A stretch of 64,000 nucleotides of DNA, from the NCBI GenBank assembly GCA_016699365.1, contig CP064973.1:139920-203919 (forward strand). Direction: 5' to 3'. Of this stretch, positions 27,702 to 37,430 are shown piece by piece. Within the stretch, counting starts at the first letter, position 1; each line of letters begins with the position of its first letter. A model generated the notes under the pieces. It searched no databases. It was not told where the DNA came from and saw only the letters and a program-made list of their open reading frames with translations. The stretch is from Candidatus Nomurabacteria bacterium (GTDB lineage: Bacteria; Patescibacteriota; Minisyncoccia; Phycocordibacterales; UBA9973). The translations under genes and the position numbers were made by a program.

Positions 27702-28574
27702 TCACTGAGTGATTAATTCTTTTTTTCCTCTATATAGAAAAGAAAGAATTAATCCAAATACTATAGCTATTAAGCTAAAAATCCAAAAATCAAACCCTGT
27801 ATATATGTTGTACATAAAAATATATGTTATGCATATAATTGGATAGAAATAAAATCTAATTCGATTTTTAGTAAAATTTTCATTAAATCTTTTATTAACT
27901 GCATATATATAGAATATAGTGCAAAGAATTAACAGAATCCAAACAATCAAATTTGAAGCTCCAAACGGCATAATACTATCCGTATTCACAGCTAAAAAAA
28001 TTATTGTCAGTAATCCGATTATAAAACTTATAAAAATCATTCGTAAAGAGTGAGCTCTATATCCATACTTACTAATTAATAGAAAAAACATCGCAGAAAA
28101 AAAAGTTATCCCCAACAAAAAAATAAGATTCTCGAAAGCAAATTTATTTTTTATTTCTACAACTTCTTTTCCGATTACCCTTCCTTCCTTTTTATCCAAA
28201 AGTAAATTTAACTCGGTATTTACATATTTTCCAAAAAAACCATAGTCAGAAAAAGTTCGGGTTTCTGAAATTTTTTTATATGATATATACCCGTTTGTAT
28301 AAATATTCCCCATTTGAAAATTATTTAAGTTCCATTTTGAATCAGATAGGACAAATGACTCTACTGGATACTCAAACGAGCGATTAATCGTACAATTATT
28401 GATGGAGTCACACGTCTTCTGGTCGAGTTGTATGTTATGGATATACCATATCTCATCCCTAACCCTTTTTATCTCTACTCCGAGCTCTTTTTTATCGAGA
28501 ACCACTTCGGACATTGCAGAAAAATAAGCCAATATTGCTACAGCAAAGAACATAATTTTTTTCATAATAATCAA
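27702..28574 (-). CDS. Hypothetical polytopic membrane protein with an N-terminal extracytoplasmic domain
   Basis: Signal/TM, a roughly 140-aa soluble region, then 5 TM segments. Confidence 0.35.
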   Translation of the reverse strand: MIIMKKIMFFAVAILAYFSAMSEVVLDKKELGVEIKRVRDEIWYIHNIQLDQKTCDSINNCTINRSFEYPVESFVLSDSKWNLNNFQMGNIYTNGYISYKKISETRTFSDYGFFGKYVNTELNLLLDKKEGRVIGKEVVEIKNKFAFENLIFLLGITFFSAMFFLLISKYGYRAHSLRMIFISFIIGLLTIIFLAVNTDSIMPFGASNLIVWILLILCTIFYIYAVNKRFNENFTKNRIRFYFYPIICITYIFMYNIYTGFDFWIFSLIAIVFGLILSFLYRGKKELITQ

Positions 28575-28648
28575 TTTTATTTTACAAGATATTACAATAT
28601 ATAAATATTTTTGTCAAAAAGAAAAACCGGAACGATCCGGTTTTATAC

Positions 28649-29137
28649 CTATATGGAGATAAAGTCTTCAGCTTTCCCATTTTTTGTAGCTTTCAATACT
28701 TTGAAGCCAACACCTTGTCCATGGATAATATGGAAATAGTATCCATTATATTCCACCAAGGACGTTGTGAATTCGTTGGGAGTATATTTATCCAACTTTC
28801 TTCTCAAATTAACTTCCTTTCCATTATCTTGAGCAAAATAGAAAGTTCGGTAAAGATTCTTATTTGGATGAGGTTCTATACCTTTGCTCATTAGCCTCCT
28901 CTTATAAGACTCATTATGAGCTTTTCTCAGGCGGTCCATCCACTCATCAAACCTATCCTTTTTAATTACATTTTTAATAAACTCCTTTTCCCAATTATCC
29001 CAGTCAAGTCTAGCTCTGCGTTTCCTGGCTTTTTCCAGAGATAAAATTTTCCTTAATGCCTTTTGTCCTTCTGGGCTATCTAAAAAGTCCAAGGTTTTAC
29101 TAGCCGCTCTGTTAGAAAATTCACTTTTTTTCCCCAT
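28649..29137 (-). CDS. Hypothetical basic protein
   Basis: 162 aa, K/R-rich, no recognised motif. Confidence 0.3.
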   Translation of the reverse strand: MGKKSEFSNRAASKTLDFLDSPEGQKALRKILSLEKARKRRARLDWDNWEKEFIKNVIKKDRFDEWMDRLRKAHNESYKRRLMSKGIEPHPNKNLYRTFYFAQDNGKEVNLRRKLDKYTPNEFTTSLVEYNGYYFHIIHGQGVGFKVLKATKNGKAEDFISI

Positions 29138-29185
29138 TACTAAAATTTTTTATCAGAATACCCCGACATACCCCAAAAGTCAAAT

Positions 29186-30625
29186 CTACCCTACTCTCAA
29201 AAATAGAGGTTGTTCTGGTTTTTTATTTAGTCTTAAATTTTTTTCAATTTCTTTTGCTGTTTGTGGGAGCATAGGAATTATCATTTTTTGAATTTTCCAA
29301 AGTCTTTTAACGCACTCAGTTATTAAGTCTTTTCCTTTTTGTTCATCATCTTTAATTACTTGAAAAGGTTTATTTTCTTGAATAAATTTATCTGTCTCTG
29401 ATATATGATGCCAAACTATATTCATAGCAAAACTTATATCAAAATTATCCATGGAAGAATTGAAGTCAGGAGCTCTGTCTATTCCATCATCCACAATAGG
29501 ATCTTCTAAATACTTTTCAGAAAGTGTTAGTATTCGTGATGTCAGGTTCCCCAATCCATTTGCAAGACCGGCGTTGTATGCGTCTTTGAATCGCTCAAGA
29601 GTAAACGGAGAATCTTCGAAACTAGAAACTTCTTTTAGTAAGAAAAATCGCAACGCATCTACGCCATACTCACGAGCAATGTCTTTCGGGTCAACAGTGT
29701 TCCCTAGACTCTTACTCATCTTTACCCCACCATCTGCTGTTATGTGCCCGTTTACTATTATCTGGTGAGAGTTTGGTAAGTCTGCAGCCATAAGCATCGC
29801 CTGCCACATACTAGCCTGGAAGCGAGTATTGTCTTTACCACAATACTGAGTCGGTGTTCCGTTTTTCCAGTATTTTTCAAAAGTTTTCATATCAGTCGGA
29901 TATCCAACGTTTGCTATATAGTTCACAAGCGCATCGAACCATACGTACATCACGTGCTCAGGATTACCAGGGACTTCTATTCCCCATGGCATTTTGGATT
30001 TAAGACGTGAAATAGAAAAATCTTCAAGTCCGCGCTCGACAAAAGCCCTCACTTCATTGAAACGAAAGTCTGGTATTACGAAGTTTGGATTTTTCTCATA
30101 AAAATTTTTCAACTTTTCAGTAAAGGCAGAATACTTGAAGAAATAGTTTTCTTCGTCTATAAGCTCTAGTTCCATATTTGAATGATCGGGACACTTACCA
30201 TCTACAAGTTCTGAATCTGTCTTTTCGCTTTCACAACCAACGCAATACTTTGTCTGATAGTTTTTCAGATATATGTATCCATTTTTCTCTACCGTGCTCC
30301 AGAATTCTTGTGCGGCCTTTATATGTCGCTCGTCAGATGTTCTTATAAAATGAATATCGTTCTTTACTCCAAAAAGTTTTACTGATTCATAAAATTTTTC
30401 TACGTTTTCATCTACAAAAGTTTTTACATCTTTACCTTCGCTCTCAGCCTTTTTAAATATCTTGCTACCGTGCTCATCTGTGCCAGAATTGAAAAAAACT
30501 TCCTCACCTACAAGTTCATGATATCGAGCTACGGAATCCGCGCGGATAAATTCGAGCGCGTGCCCCATATGTAGTTCCGCGTTAACATACGGCAACGTTG
30601 TTGTTATGTAAAAAGGTTTAGACAT
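29186..30625 (-). CDS. metG: Methionyl-tRNA synthetase (core, no C-terminal EMAP domain)
   Basis: PYVNAELHMGHALEFIRADSVARY (HMGH) and KMSKSLGN. Confidence 0.9.
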   Translation of the reverse strand: MSKPFYITTTLPYVNAELHMGHALEFIRADSVARYHELVGEEVFFNSGTDEHGSKIFKKAESEGKDVKTFVDENVEKFYESVKLFGVKNDIHFIRTSDERHIKAAQEFWSTVEKNGYIYLKNYQTKYCVGCESEKTDSELVDGKCPDHSNMELELIDEENYFFKYSAFTEKLKNFYEKNPNFVIPDFRFNEVRAFVERGLEDFSISRLKSKMPWGIEVPGNPEHVMYVWFDALVNYIANVGYPTDMKTFEKYWKNGTPTQYCGKDNTRFQASMWQAMLMAADLPNSHQIIVNGHITADGGVKMSKSLGNTVDPKDIAREYGVDALRFFLLKEVSSFEDSPFTLERFKDAYNAGLANGLGNLTSRILTLSEKYLEDPIVDDGIDRAPDFNSSMDNFDISFAMNIVWHHISETDKFIQENKPFQVIKDDEQKGKDLITECVKRLWKIQKMIIPMLPQTAKEIEKNLRLNKKPEQPLFLRVG

Positions 30626-30626
30626 T

Positions 30627-31691
30627 TTATACTTCGAGTTTTTTCTTTTCTAAGTCATCAAAAAATTGCAGGAGACAAACTGCGATCGGCACAGCAAGTA
30701 ATATTCCCCAGAAACCAGCAAGAGTTGCACCAATCAATAGAGACAATATAACTATTAGCGGAGAAACCCCGACAACCTTCTTAACAATCATTGGAGCAAG
30801 TATGTATCCTTCGATCTGTTGGACTATTGTATAAAAAAGTATAACTATAACCGCAAGTGAAACTCCCCCGCTCATATATCCAAAGATAATTCCCGGGATT
30901 GCAGCCAATATTATTCCAAAAGGAATAAGTTCACATATAGCCGCCGCAAGAGCTAGCAAGAAGGCATATTCAACTCCCATCAGAGAGAGACCAACATAAG
31001 TAACTACTCCAATAATTAATCCCAAAAGTAATTGACCCTGAACCCAAAGTCCGATCTTGTGCTCTGTTCTCTGCCATAGACCGATCACATAAGCCTCTTT
31101 ATTTTTAGGTGTAACTATTCGCAAAAAACTTTCTATACCCTTCTCTTGCATAGAAAGGTAAAAAGAAATAACTATAAGTAAAACTAGATTGAAAATTCCA
31201 CCAAATAAAACAGATGCCGCGGTAAGGAAACCTCCTGATATACCCGCCACAAAAACCTGGATCTTTGATATTAGAGAAGTAAGAGAAATGTTGTGAGATA
31301 TTCCAGAAACAATAGCCTTTGCTCCATCAACAGTTGAATCATCTTGGAAATTGGAAAGGAAGCTAGACGAAGGAAGGTAGTCGGCCATAAACCTGACTAG
31401 ATTTGAAACTTCATTGGTGAACACAGGTAGAAATGCATAAAATATTGCAACAAGCAGAGCCAAGCCCAAGAAATATATACCGAGCACACTAAGAGTTCTA
31501 TTCATACCAACAATACGATGCATCTTTTTAACCCCAGACTCAACAAAAGAAGCCACTACAATCGAAGCCAATAGGACCAGTACGATATCTTTTATCGCAA
31601 ATATAAAAAGTATAAAAAGCACAATAAGTGCCGCATTTACTAGACTGCGAAAACTTATATGTACACTAATTTCTTTATTGTGTTCGCTCAT
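30627..31691 (-). CDS. AI-2E family transporter (UPF0118/PerM-like)
   Basis: 354 aa with 8 TM helices. C-terminal ...GFWGILLAVPIAVCLLQFFD... is characteristic. Confidence 0.65.
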   Translation of the reverse strand: MSEHNKEISVHISFRSLVNAALIVLFILFIFAIKDIVLVLLASIVVASFVESGVKKMHRIVGMNRTLSVLGIYFLGLALLVAIFYAFLPVFTNEVSNLVRFMADYLPSSSFLSNFQDDSTVDGAKAIVSGISHNISLTSLISKIQVFVAGISGGFLTAASVLFGGIFNLVLLIVISFYLSMQEKGIESFLRIVTPKNKEAYVIGLWQRTEHKIGLWVQGQLLLGLIIGVVTYVGLSLMGVEYAFLLALAAAICELIPFGIILAAIPGIIFGYMSGGVSLAVIVILFYTIVQQIEGYILAPMIVKKVVGVSPLIVILSLLIGATLAGFWGILLAVPIAVCLLQFFDDLEKKKLEV

Positions 31692-31723
31692 AAGAGCATA
31701 ATAGCACTTAGACTATGTCTTTG

Positions 31724-32992
31724 CTAGAAATGTAGGCCTTTTTCCAAAAACTTACTATCTTTGAAAGGCCCTATCAATGCTAGGTTTAGATGTTTGTCGA
31801 TAAATATTTTTTTAGCCATATTGCGCACATCTTCCTTGCTGACTTTTCTGATTTTACGCTCCATGCTTTCCAGTTCTTCGAGCTTCTTCCTCATCACCTC
31901 TTGTCCGCCGAAAAACATCGCATATGCATCAGTAGACTCGAGTTCAAGCTTCATGGTACCTACTATGTATTCTTTTACTTTATTCAACTCATCGTCACTG
32001 ACTAGATTTTCTTTCAAGTCGATGCATTCTTTTAGGATCTCACGCACCACTTCCTCTACACGAGCATTTGTAACTCCAGCTCTGATTTCAAAATATCCAT
32101 GATCCGTATACGCATCATTGTCTGACTTTACATAATACGTAACACCCATCTCTTCGCGAAGTTTTATAAATAGTCTAGATGACATACCTCCACCAAGTAT
32201 AGTCGCAAGGACTGCCAATGAGGCATTGTTTTTACTATAAGCATTTTCAGTTCGAACACCCAACACAAGATGTGTCTGATCTGTAGCTTTGTATTTCAAA
32301 AGAATTTTTGGTGCAGATTGGCGCTCAATTACTTTTTTCTTTGTAGACTTTTTTGTATTTTTTAATTTTGCAAAAACTTTTTTAGCTTCACTTAGCATCT
32401 CACTCTCAGTTACGCTTCCTGCAATCACTACTGTTGTTGCAGAAGGAACATAATGCGCTTTTTTATAATTTACAAAATCTTTTCTTTTCATTGCTCGAAC
32501 ATTTTCGCGAGTTCCTGCAATACACCAACCTGCTGGTTGGTCACCGTATAGAAGTTCCATAAACAAATCTTGCACATGACGTTGAGGCATATCCTCATAC
32601 ATATTGATCTCCTCTACTATCACACCTTTTTCCTTTTCCATCTCTCCTTCTGGAAAAGTTGAATTCAGATATATGTCACTAACTACATCAAAAACTTGTT
32701 TGAAATGCTTTGAATCTGCCTTGGCGTAGTAACCGGTATATTCTTGTGAAGTAAAGGCGTTGTACTGACTACCTAGAGCATCAAGCTCGTGTGATATAGC
32801 GCGAGCTGAGGGACGTCTCTCTGTACCCTTGAAGCACATATGCTCAAGGAAGTGAGATAGGCCATTATTGGCCTTGTTTTCGTATTTTGAGCCTGTTTCT
32901 ACGAGCACTAGTACTGTTACGGTCGGATTGTCTTTCATCGGGATAGTGATAACCCTGAGGCCATTGCCTAGCTTTGTGCGTTTTATTTTCAT
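31724..32992 (-). CDS. M16 family zinc peptidase (pitrilysin/insulinase-like)
   Basis: Inverted zinc motif HFLEHMCFKG (HxxEH) near the N-terminus. Confidence 0.8.
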   Translation of the reverse strand: MKIKRTKLGNGLRVITIPMKDNPTVTVLVLVETGSKYENKANNGLSHFLEHMCFKGTERRPSARAISHELDALGSQYNAFTSQEYTGYYAKADSKHFKQVFDVVSDIYLNSTFPEGEMEKEKGVIVEEINMYEDMPQRHVQDLFMELLYGDQPAGWCIAGTRENVRAMKRKDFVNYKKAHYVPSATTVVIAGSVTESEMLSEAKKVFAKLKNTKKSTKKKVIERQSAPKILLKYKATDQTHLVLGVRTENAYSKNNASLAVLATILGGGMSSRLFIKLREEMGVTYYVKSDNDAYTDHGYFEIRAGVTNARVEEVVREILKECIDLKENLVSDDELNKVKEYIVGTMKLELESTDAYAMFFGGQEVMRKKLEELESMERKIRKVSKEDVRNMAKKIFIDKHLNLALIGPFKDSKFLEKGLHF

Positions 32993-33085
32993 ACCTAGAA
33001 TAATACCAGAAAATAAGGGTTTTTGCCTATATATTTGACTTTAAAGGGTAAACATGCTATAATATTGACAAATCGATATAAAATT

Positions 33086-33469
33086 ATGAAGTTTATACAG
33101 GCTCTTTTAATTCCGGCTTTGATCTCGATCGCCATGTGCAGTTGCACAAAAGAAGAGATTATTGTGGTTGGAGACTATGTGTCTCCTGTTGGAGAAACCA
33201 AAATCGAACTCGCAGAATTACCTGTGGGCAAGGTATATGGTTACCTCGAAAACCAGAATGGTGAGGAGTTCATGGCTGAATTCCTCGTACCGGACACATT
33301 AATAGCCGGTATTGCAGAAGCCCTCCATAACGGAGAAGAGGTGTTGATAAAATATCTCTCCATCGACCAGTCCTATGTAGAGGACGAATCCGGGATGTTC
33401 TCGGAGGAGCACGATATAGTGTTGGCCGAAGGCAACCTCGAAGTGTCCAACTTCAAGGTCATCGAGTAA
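33086..33469 (+). CDS. Hypothetical lipoprotein
   Basis: MKFIQALLIPALISIAMCSC lipobox. The track ORF starts upstream at 33023, but the signal peptide begins at 33086. Confidence 0.45.
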   Translation: MKFIQALLIPALISIAMCSCTKEEIIVVGDYVSPVGETKIELAELPVGKVYGYLENQNGEEFMAEFLVPDTLIAGIAEALHNGEEVLIKYLSIDQSYVEDESGMFSEEHDIVLAEGNLEVSNFKVIE

Positions 33470-33491
33470 AAATATTTTAGGACATTGTGAG

Positions 33492-33520
33492 CCGCAGGAT
33501 TTGTTTCCTGCGGTTTTTTA
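33492..33520 (+). terminator. Intrinsic terminator
   Basis: ccgcagga-tttgtt-tcctgcgg followed by a T-run. Confidence 0.6.
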
Positions 33521-33575
33521 TTTTCTATATAGCAAAAAATTAAACATTGTGGTATAAAAACAAAAAAGTTACTTA

Positions 33576-34109
33576 ATGAAGAAGATAATAACCCTCCTTA
33601 CGTTTATTTGCTTATTTAGCGAAGTTATCAAATCTCAAAATTCTATATCCTGCCCTACATTTCTAAAGAGTGAAAAGAGCGGGCTCAGTCCATGGCAGAA
33701 ATATACAGTTAAAACAGGTCTGGTATTTATTGCTGGAGCAAGCGATGGTGTGAGTCAAACACTAGCATTTCATTACGAATATTTTCAAAATGACTTCCCA
33801 GATGCTCCACAAAACTACTGGAATCCAGACAGCAGCTGGTATAACAAGTGGGCAAATGGTGACCCCAACCAAGGTGAGGCGTTTCCAGGAAGCTCCACAA
33901 TGTTCGTCTGGACAACTGACGGATACCATTTATTTAGAACAATCTCGAAGACCTCGTTGGTTTCGGGAATATGTTTTGGAACAGTGGTAAATGTATATGA
34001 CCAAAAAAAATGGTGGATATATTTAACGGACTTCGTATTATATTCCGTCGCATATTCCGCAGGATTTCATCTAACATACACACTCATGTTTGGTAAACCA
34101 ACGGAGTAA
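33576..34109 (+). CDS. Hypothetical secreted Trp-rich protein
   Basis: Signal peptide MKKIITLLTFICLFSEVIKSQ. No recognised domain. Confidence 0.4.
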   Translation: MKKIITLLTFICLFSEVIKSQNSISCPTFLKSEKSGLSPWQKYTVKTGLVFIAGASDGVSQTLAFHYEYFQNDFPDAPQNYWNPDSSWYNKWANGDPNQGEAFPGSSTMFVWTTDGYHLFRTISKTSLVSGICFGTVVNVYDQKKWWIYLTDFVLYSVAYSAGFHLTYTLMFGKPTE

Positions 34110-34114
34110 AAATA

Positions 34115-34144
34115 AACCACAGAATTTTCTGTGGTTTTTGTTTT
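34115..34144 (+). terminator. Intrinsic terminator
   Basis: aaccacaga-atttt-ctgtggtt followed by a T-run. Confidence 0.6.
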
Positions 34145-34192
34145 CATTGACATTGGAGACGCTCAAGAGTTTAATTAAGAAAAGACTGTATT

Positions 34193-34900
34193 ATGAAAAT
34201 AAATTTGGTTTTACTTGCCACAATGGTACTACTTCCCTTTTTGGCAAAAAGCCAAAAAGAAGATTCTTTGAAAACAGAAAAAGTTTATATAGATTATACT
34301 TTTGGCCATATTCAAAATAGAACTTTTGTTGGATTGAAAAATGACTTTGACAACCAAAAAATATTTTTTGGTGACAATATTGAAGCTTCCTTCGACCTAA
34401 AAAATCCGCATTTTGGAATTGGAGCAAATATGATGGTCTATAAAAAAATCGATGCTGTGTTTTTTGAAACAAAAAAAGAGTTTAGTGTAGCACTCGCAAC
34501 TTTTACTTATTCTCCTTTTATTACAGAAAACTTTTTAATAAGAGTGGGAATTGGTAGTACTTCAAAACAAGATATTGCGAGCTCTTACTCTGCTAGATAT
34601 CTGATAGATTCTATATTCCCTTCTGGAAGTATATTTTTTGAAGGAAACGCAGTATTACTAGGCGACGACCTAGATTACAACGCGCTAGCCTTTATAGCTA
34701 AAAATGGATATTTCGTTGGAGGGTACTATACAAACAACGGAGTGAGTGGAGTATGCTTTGGGGCGATCGAGCAGTGGATGATGTTAAAGATTGTTCTTTG
34801 GAATGATCGAATCGAAGGAAGGAACATGTTCTCAAATGCATTCCAACTAGACCTAACTTTCCCACTAGTTAGAAAAACACCTAAATTGATTTACAAATAA
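34193..34900 (+). CDS. Hypothetical secreted beta-rich protein
   Basis: Signal peptide MKINLVLLATMVLLPFLAKSQ. Alternating hydrophobic pattern. Confidence 0.4.
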   Translation: MKINLVLLATMVLLPFLAKSQKEDSLKTEKVYIDYTFGHIQNRTFVGLKNDFDNQKIFFGDNIEASFDLKNPHFGIGANMMVYKKIDAVFFETKKEFSVALATFTYSPFITENFLIRVGIGSTSKQDIASSYSARYLIDSIFPSGSIFFEGNAVLLGDDLDYNALAFIAKNGYFVGGYYTNNGVSGVCFGAIEQWMMLKIVLWNDRIEGRNMFSNAFQLDLTFPLVRKTPKLIYK

Positions 34901-34903
34901 AAA

Positions 34904-34949
34904 AACCCGCATTCGCAAAATTTAAAGCGAAGCGGGTTTTATTTTTTTT
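34904..34949. terminator. Bidirectional intrinsic terminator between convergent genes
   Basis: aaacccgc(a)ttcgc-...-gcgaagcgggttt is flanked by A and T runs. Confidence 0.55.
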
Positions 34950-36264
34950 ATACCAATCTTTCTTTTATATAAGAAACGAGCTCATCTATTGATACACGTT
35001 CCTGTTTGCCAGTATCGCGATCACGAATAGTAACTGTGTTCAATAAATCTGGATTTTCACCTAAAGTATCGAAGTCTATAACAATACACCATGGAGTACC
35101 AATCTCGTCTTGTCTACGATAACGCTTGCCGATGTTTCCATTGTCATCGTATGCCACTCTTCCAAATTCCTTCTTCAACATACTGAAAACTTCTCTAGAT
35201 TTATCTACAAGTTCAGGCTTATTTTTCAAAAGTGGCGATACAGCACATACAATAGGAGCAATACTTGGTTTTAATTTTAAATATTCTCGCACTTCTCCAT
35301 TCATTTCATCTTCTGTGTACGCAGAAAGTAATACCGCTAAAAATGCTCTGTCTGCACCAAAAGAAGGTTCAATACAGTGAGGTGTAATCTTCCCACCCCC
35401 TTCTTCATCTATATATTCAAGTTTATGAGTCTTCAGATCGTAATCAGTTCTGTATGCTAAGCCGAAAAGTTCTTTCCTACCAAAAGGATAATCAAACTCG
35501 AAGTCTACAGTTTTTTTAGAATAAAAAGCTCTATCTTCATCGCTTACAAGTAGCTCATGAGTTTTTGCTGTGTCTATCCCAACCTCATTCATCCATTCAA
35601 TCATAGCGCCTTTCCAAAAATCAAAAGTCTTTTCCCAGTCTTCTTCACGAACAAAATATTCTATTTCCATTTGTTCAAATTCACGCTGACGAAAAAGAAA
35701 ATCTCGTGGAGTAATCTCATTTCGAAAAGCCTTACCTATCTGAGCAATACCGAAAGGAAGCTTTGGATGATATGCGTCTACTACATTTTTGAAGTTTACA
35801 AATATTCCCTGAGCTGTTTCTGGACGAAGGTATGATATAGCAGAAGAATCTTCTGAGGCTCCAACTTTTGTTTGAAACATCATATTGAATTGTTTTGGTT
35901 CACTTAATTTACCATCACATTCTGCGCATTTTTCTTTATCTTCTATTTGGTCTGCACGAAAACGTCTCTTACATTTTTCGCACTCAACCATCGGATCAGC
36001 AAAATTGTCTACATGGCCTGTAGCTTGCCAGACTTCTTGGCGCATAAGTATTGCAGCGCGAATACCATACATATCTTCACGATTTGAAACAAATTTTTTC
36101 CACCAAGAATCTTTTATATTATTCAGAAGTTCCGCACCTAAATGTCCGTAATCGTAAGTCCCCGCAAGTCCTCCATACACTTCAGATCCTTGAAACACAA
36201 AACCACGGCGCTTGCAGAGCGAAATTATCTTTTCCATCAAATTGTCTTCTTGTTTATTTTCCAT
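34948..36264 (-). CDS. glyQS: Glycyl-tRNA synthetase, alpha2 (class II, archaeal/eukaryote-like) type
   Basis: ...GFVFQGSEVYGGLAGTYDYGHLGAELLNNIK... N-terminus plus class II motifs and a C-terminal anticodon-binding domain. 438 aa. Confidence 0.85.
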   Translation of the reverse strand: MENKQEDNLMEKIISLCKRRGFVFQGSEVYGGLAGTYDYGHLGAELLNNIKDSWWKKFVSNREDMYGIRAAILMRQEVWQATGHVDNFADPMVECEKCKRRFRADQIEDKEKCAECDGKLSEPKQFNMMFQTKVGASEDSSAISYLRPETAQGIFVNFKNVVDAYHPKLPFGIAQIGKAFRNEITPRDFLFRQREFEQMEIEYFVREEDWEKTFDFWKGAMIEWMNEVGIDTAKTHELLVSDEDRAFYSKKTVDFEFDYPFGRKELFGLAYRTDYDLKTHKLEYIDEEGGGKITPHCIEPSFGADRAFLAVLLSAYTEDEMNGEVREYLKLKPSIAPIVCAVSPLLKNKPELVDKSREVFSMLKKEFGRVAYDDNGNIGKRYRRQDEIGTPWCIVIDFDTLGENPDLLNTVTIRDRDTGKQERVSIDELVSYIKERLV

Positions 36265-36269
36265 ATATA

Positions 36270-37346
36270 TTAAGGAGTTACCTTACCCATTCCAGTTATA
36301 AAATTATTATCATTATACAGGGCTGTAGTCAATGCAGAGCGAGAACTACGAATTATTGTGTCAGTAAATGAATCTGTACCCGTAAGAACAGTTTCTAGGA
36401 TAATTTGTGGAGTAGTATCTATCTGACTAGTAGATGGAGTAAGAGCTATTTTGAAAGAACCTTCTCGAATAGTCTTAGTTAGTCCTGTGCCAGATAAAAC
36501 ATTGCCAAGTTTCCATGTGACTGTCCGGGTTGTATCATCGTATATTATATTTTCACTAGCAGGATAAGTAGCTCCAGCATACTTAACATAAGTAGGCAAA
36601 ACTGCTTTTGCTTCTGCGCCCGTTACATCAGAGGATGAGTTTGTAACTGACCAAGTTATTGTATAAGTAGTCTCCTGTTCTGCGCGAGGTGGCATAGGCC
36701 CTGTGTTTACAAAAGGACCTTGAAAATACAGAGCCTTACCCGCAACTTGTAAATCGGTTGCAACCTTAACTGTTCTTTTTTGAAAATTAGTAACTTCTGT
36801 AACTAGCCCACCAAGTGAAGGTTGTTTACCTTTTATACTAATCTCCACAATTATAGAAGGACTTTCAAGTAATGTATTCCCGGAATATAGAGGGACAGAA
36901 GATAGATCAAATGAAACAGTTCCACTATCTCCAGGCTCAACAGCTACAAATCCGTTTGTAGTGCTTTTATCCCAAATAATTTTATTATTCAAAGAATCAT
37001 AAAAACCACTTCCAAGAGTCAGTGAATTCTCGTCATAGGCATTGCCTGTTATTTTTGCAGTCATCTCTAGATCAGTAACACGTGTAGGAAGATTGTTTTT
37101 CCAATTTATTTCAAATTCAATATCTTTACCGCCAGAAACTATTACGTCTTCTGAGTTTGATCCGTTTATAAACAACTCTGTTTCAAGAAAAGGTTTCTTG
37201 ATTAAAATGATATGTGAGAGTGATGTATAGGTAACACCTAAAGAAGTTAAGTTATCCGCGGAAGCTTCTCCTACATAAACCCTAAAGGCGCGCTCTTCGC
37301 CATCCTGACCATTTAGAGAACCTTTTATAGTCACAGTCTTTTCCAT
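36270..37346 (-). CDS. Hypothetical beta-rich protein. It is possibly the C-terminal part of one gene together with 37431-38216.
   Basis: 358 aa, Thr/Ser/Gly-rich beta-strand pattern. It is in frame with the upstream ORF and separated only by one TAG. Confidence 0.4.
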   Translation of the reverse strand: MEKTVTIKGSLNGQDGEERAFRVYVGEASADNLTSLGVTYTSLSHIILIKKPFLETELFINGSNSEDVIVSGGKDIEFEINWKNNLPTRVTDLEMTAKITGNAYDENSLTLGSGFYDSLNNKIIWDKSTTNGFVAVEPGDSGTVSFDLSSVPLYSGNTLLESPSIIVEISIKGKQPSLGGLVTEVTNFQKRTVKVATDLQVAGKALYFQGPFVNTGPMPPRAEQETTYTITWSVTNSSSDVTGAEAKAVLPTYVKYAGATYPASENIIYDDTTRTVTWKLGNVLSGTGLTKTIREGSFKIALTPSTSQIDTTPQIILETVLTGTDSFTDTIIRSSRSALTTALYNDNNFITGMGKVTP

Positions 37347-37430
37347 ACCAGAAGATATGTCTCCAAGTTCCCAAACATTGTCTAGTGAGGCTGGCGCAGG
37401 AGTGGAGTCACTAAATCTAAATCCTGATGG

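Noticed and set aside
34193-34900. Outer-membrane beta-barrel call for the 235-aa secreted protein
   Set aside because: An alternating hydrophobic pattern is suggestive, but there is no C-terminal aromatic signature and the genome context suggests a possibly monoderm lineage. It was left as a hypothetical secreted protein.
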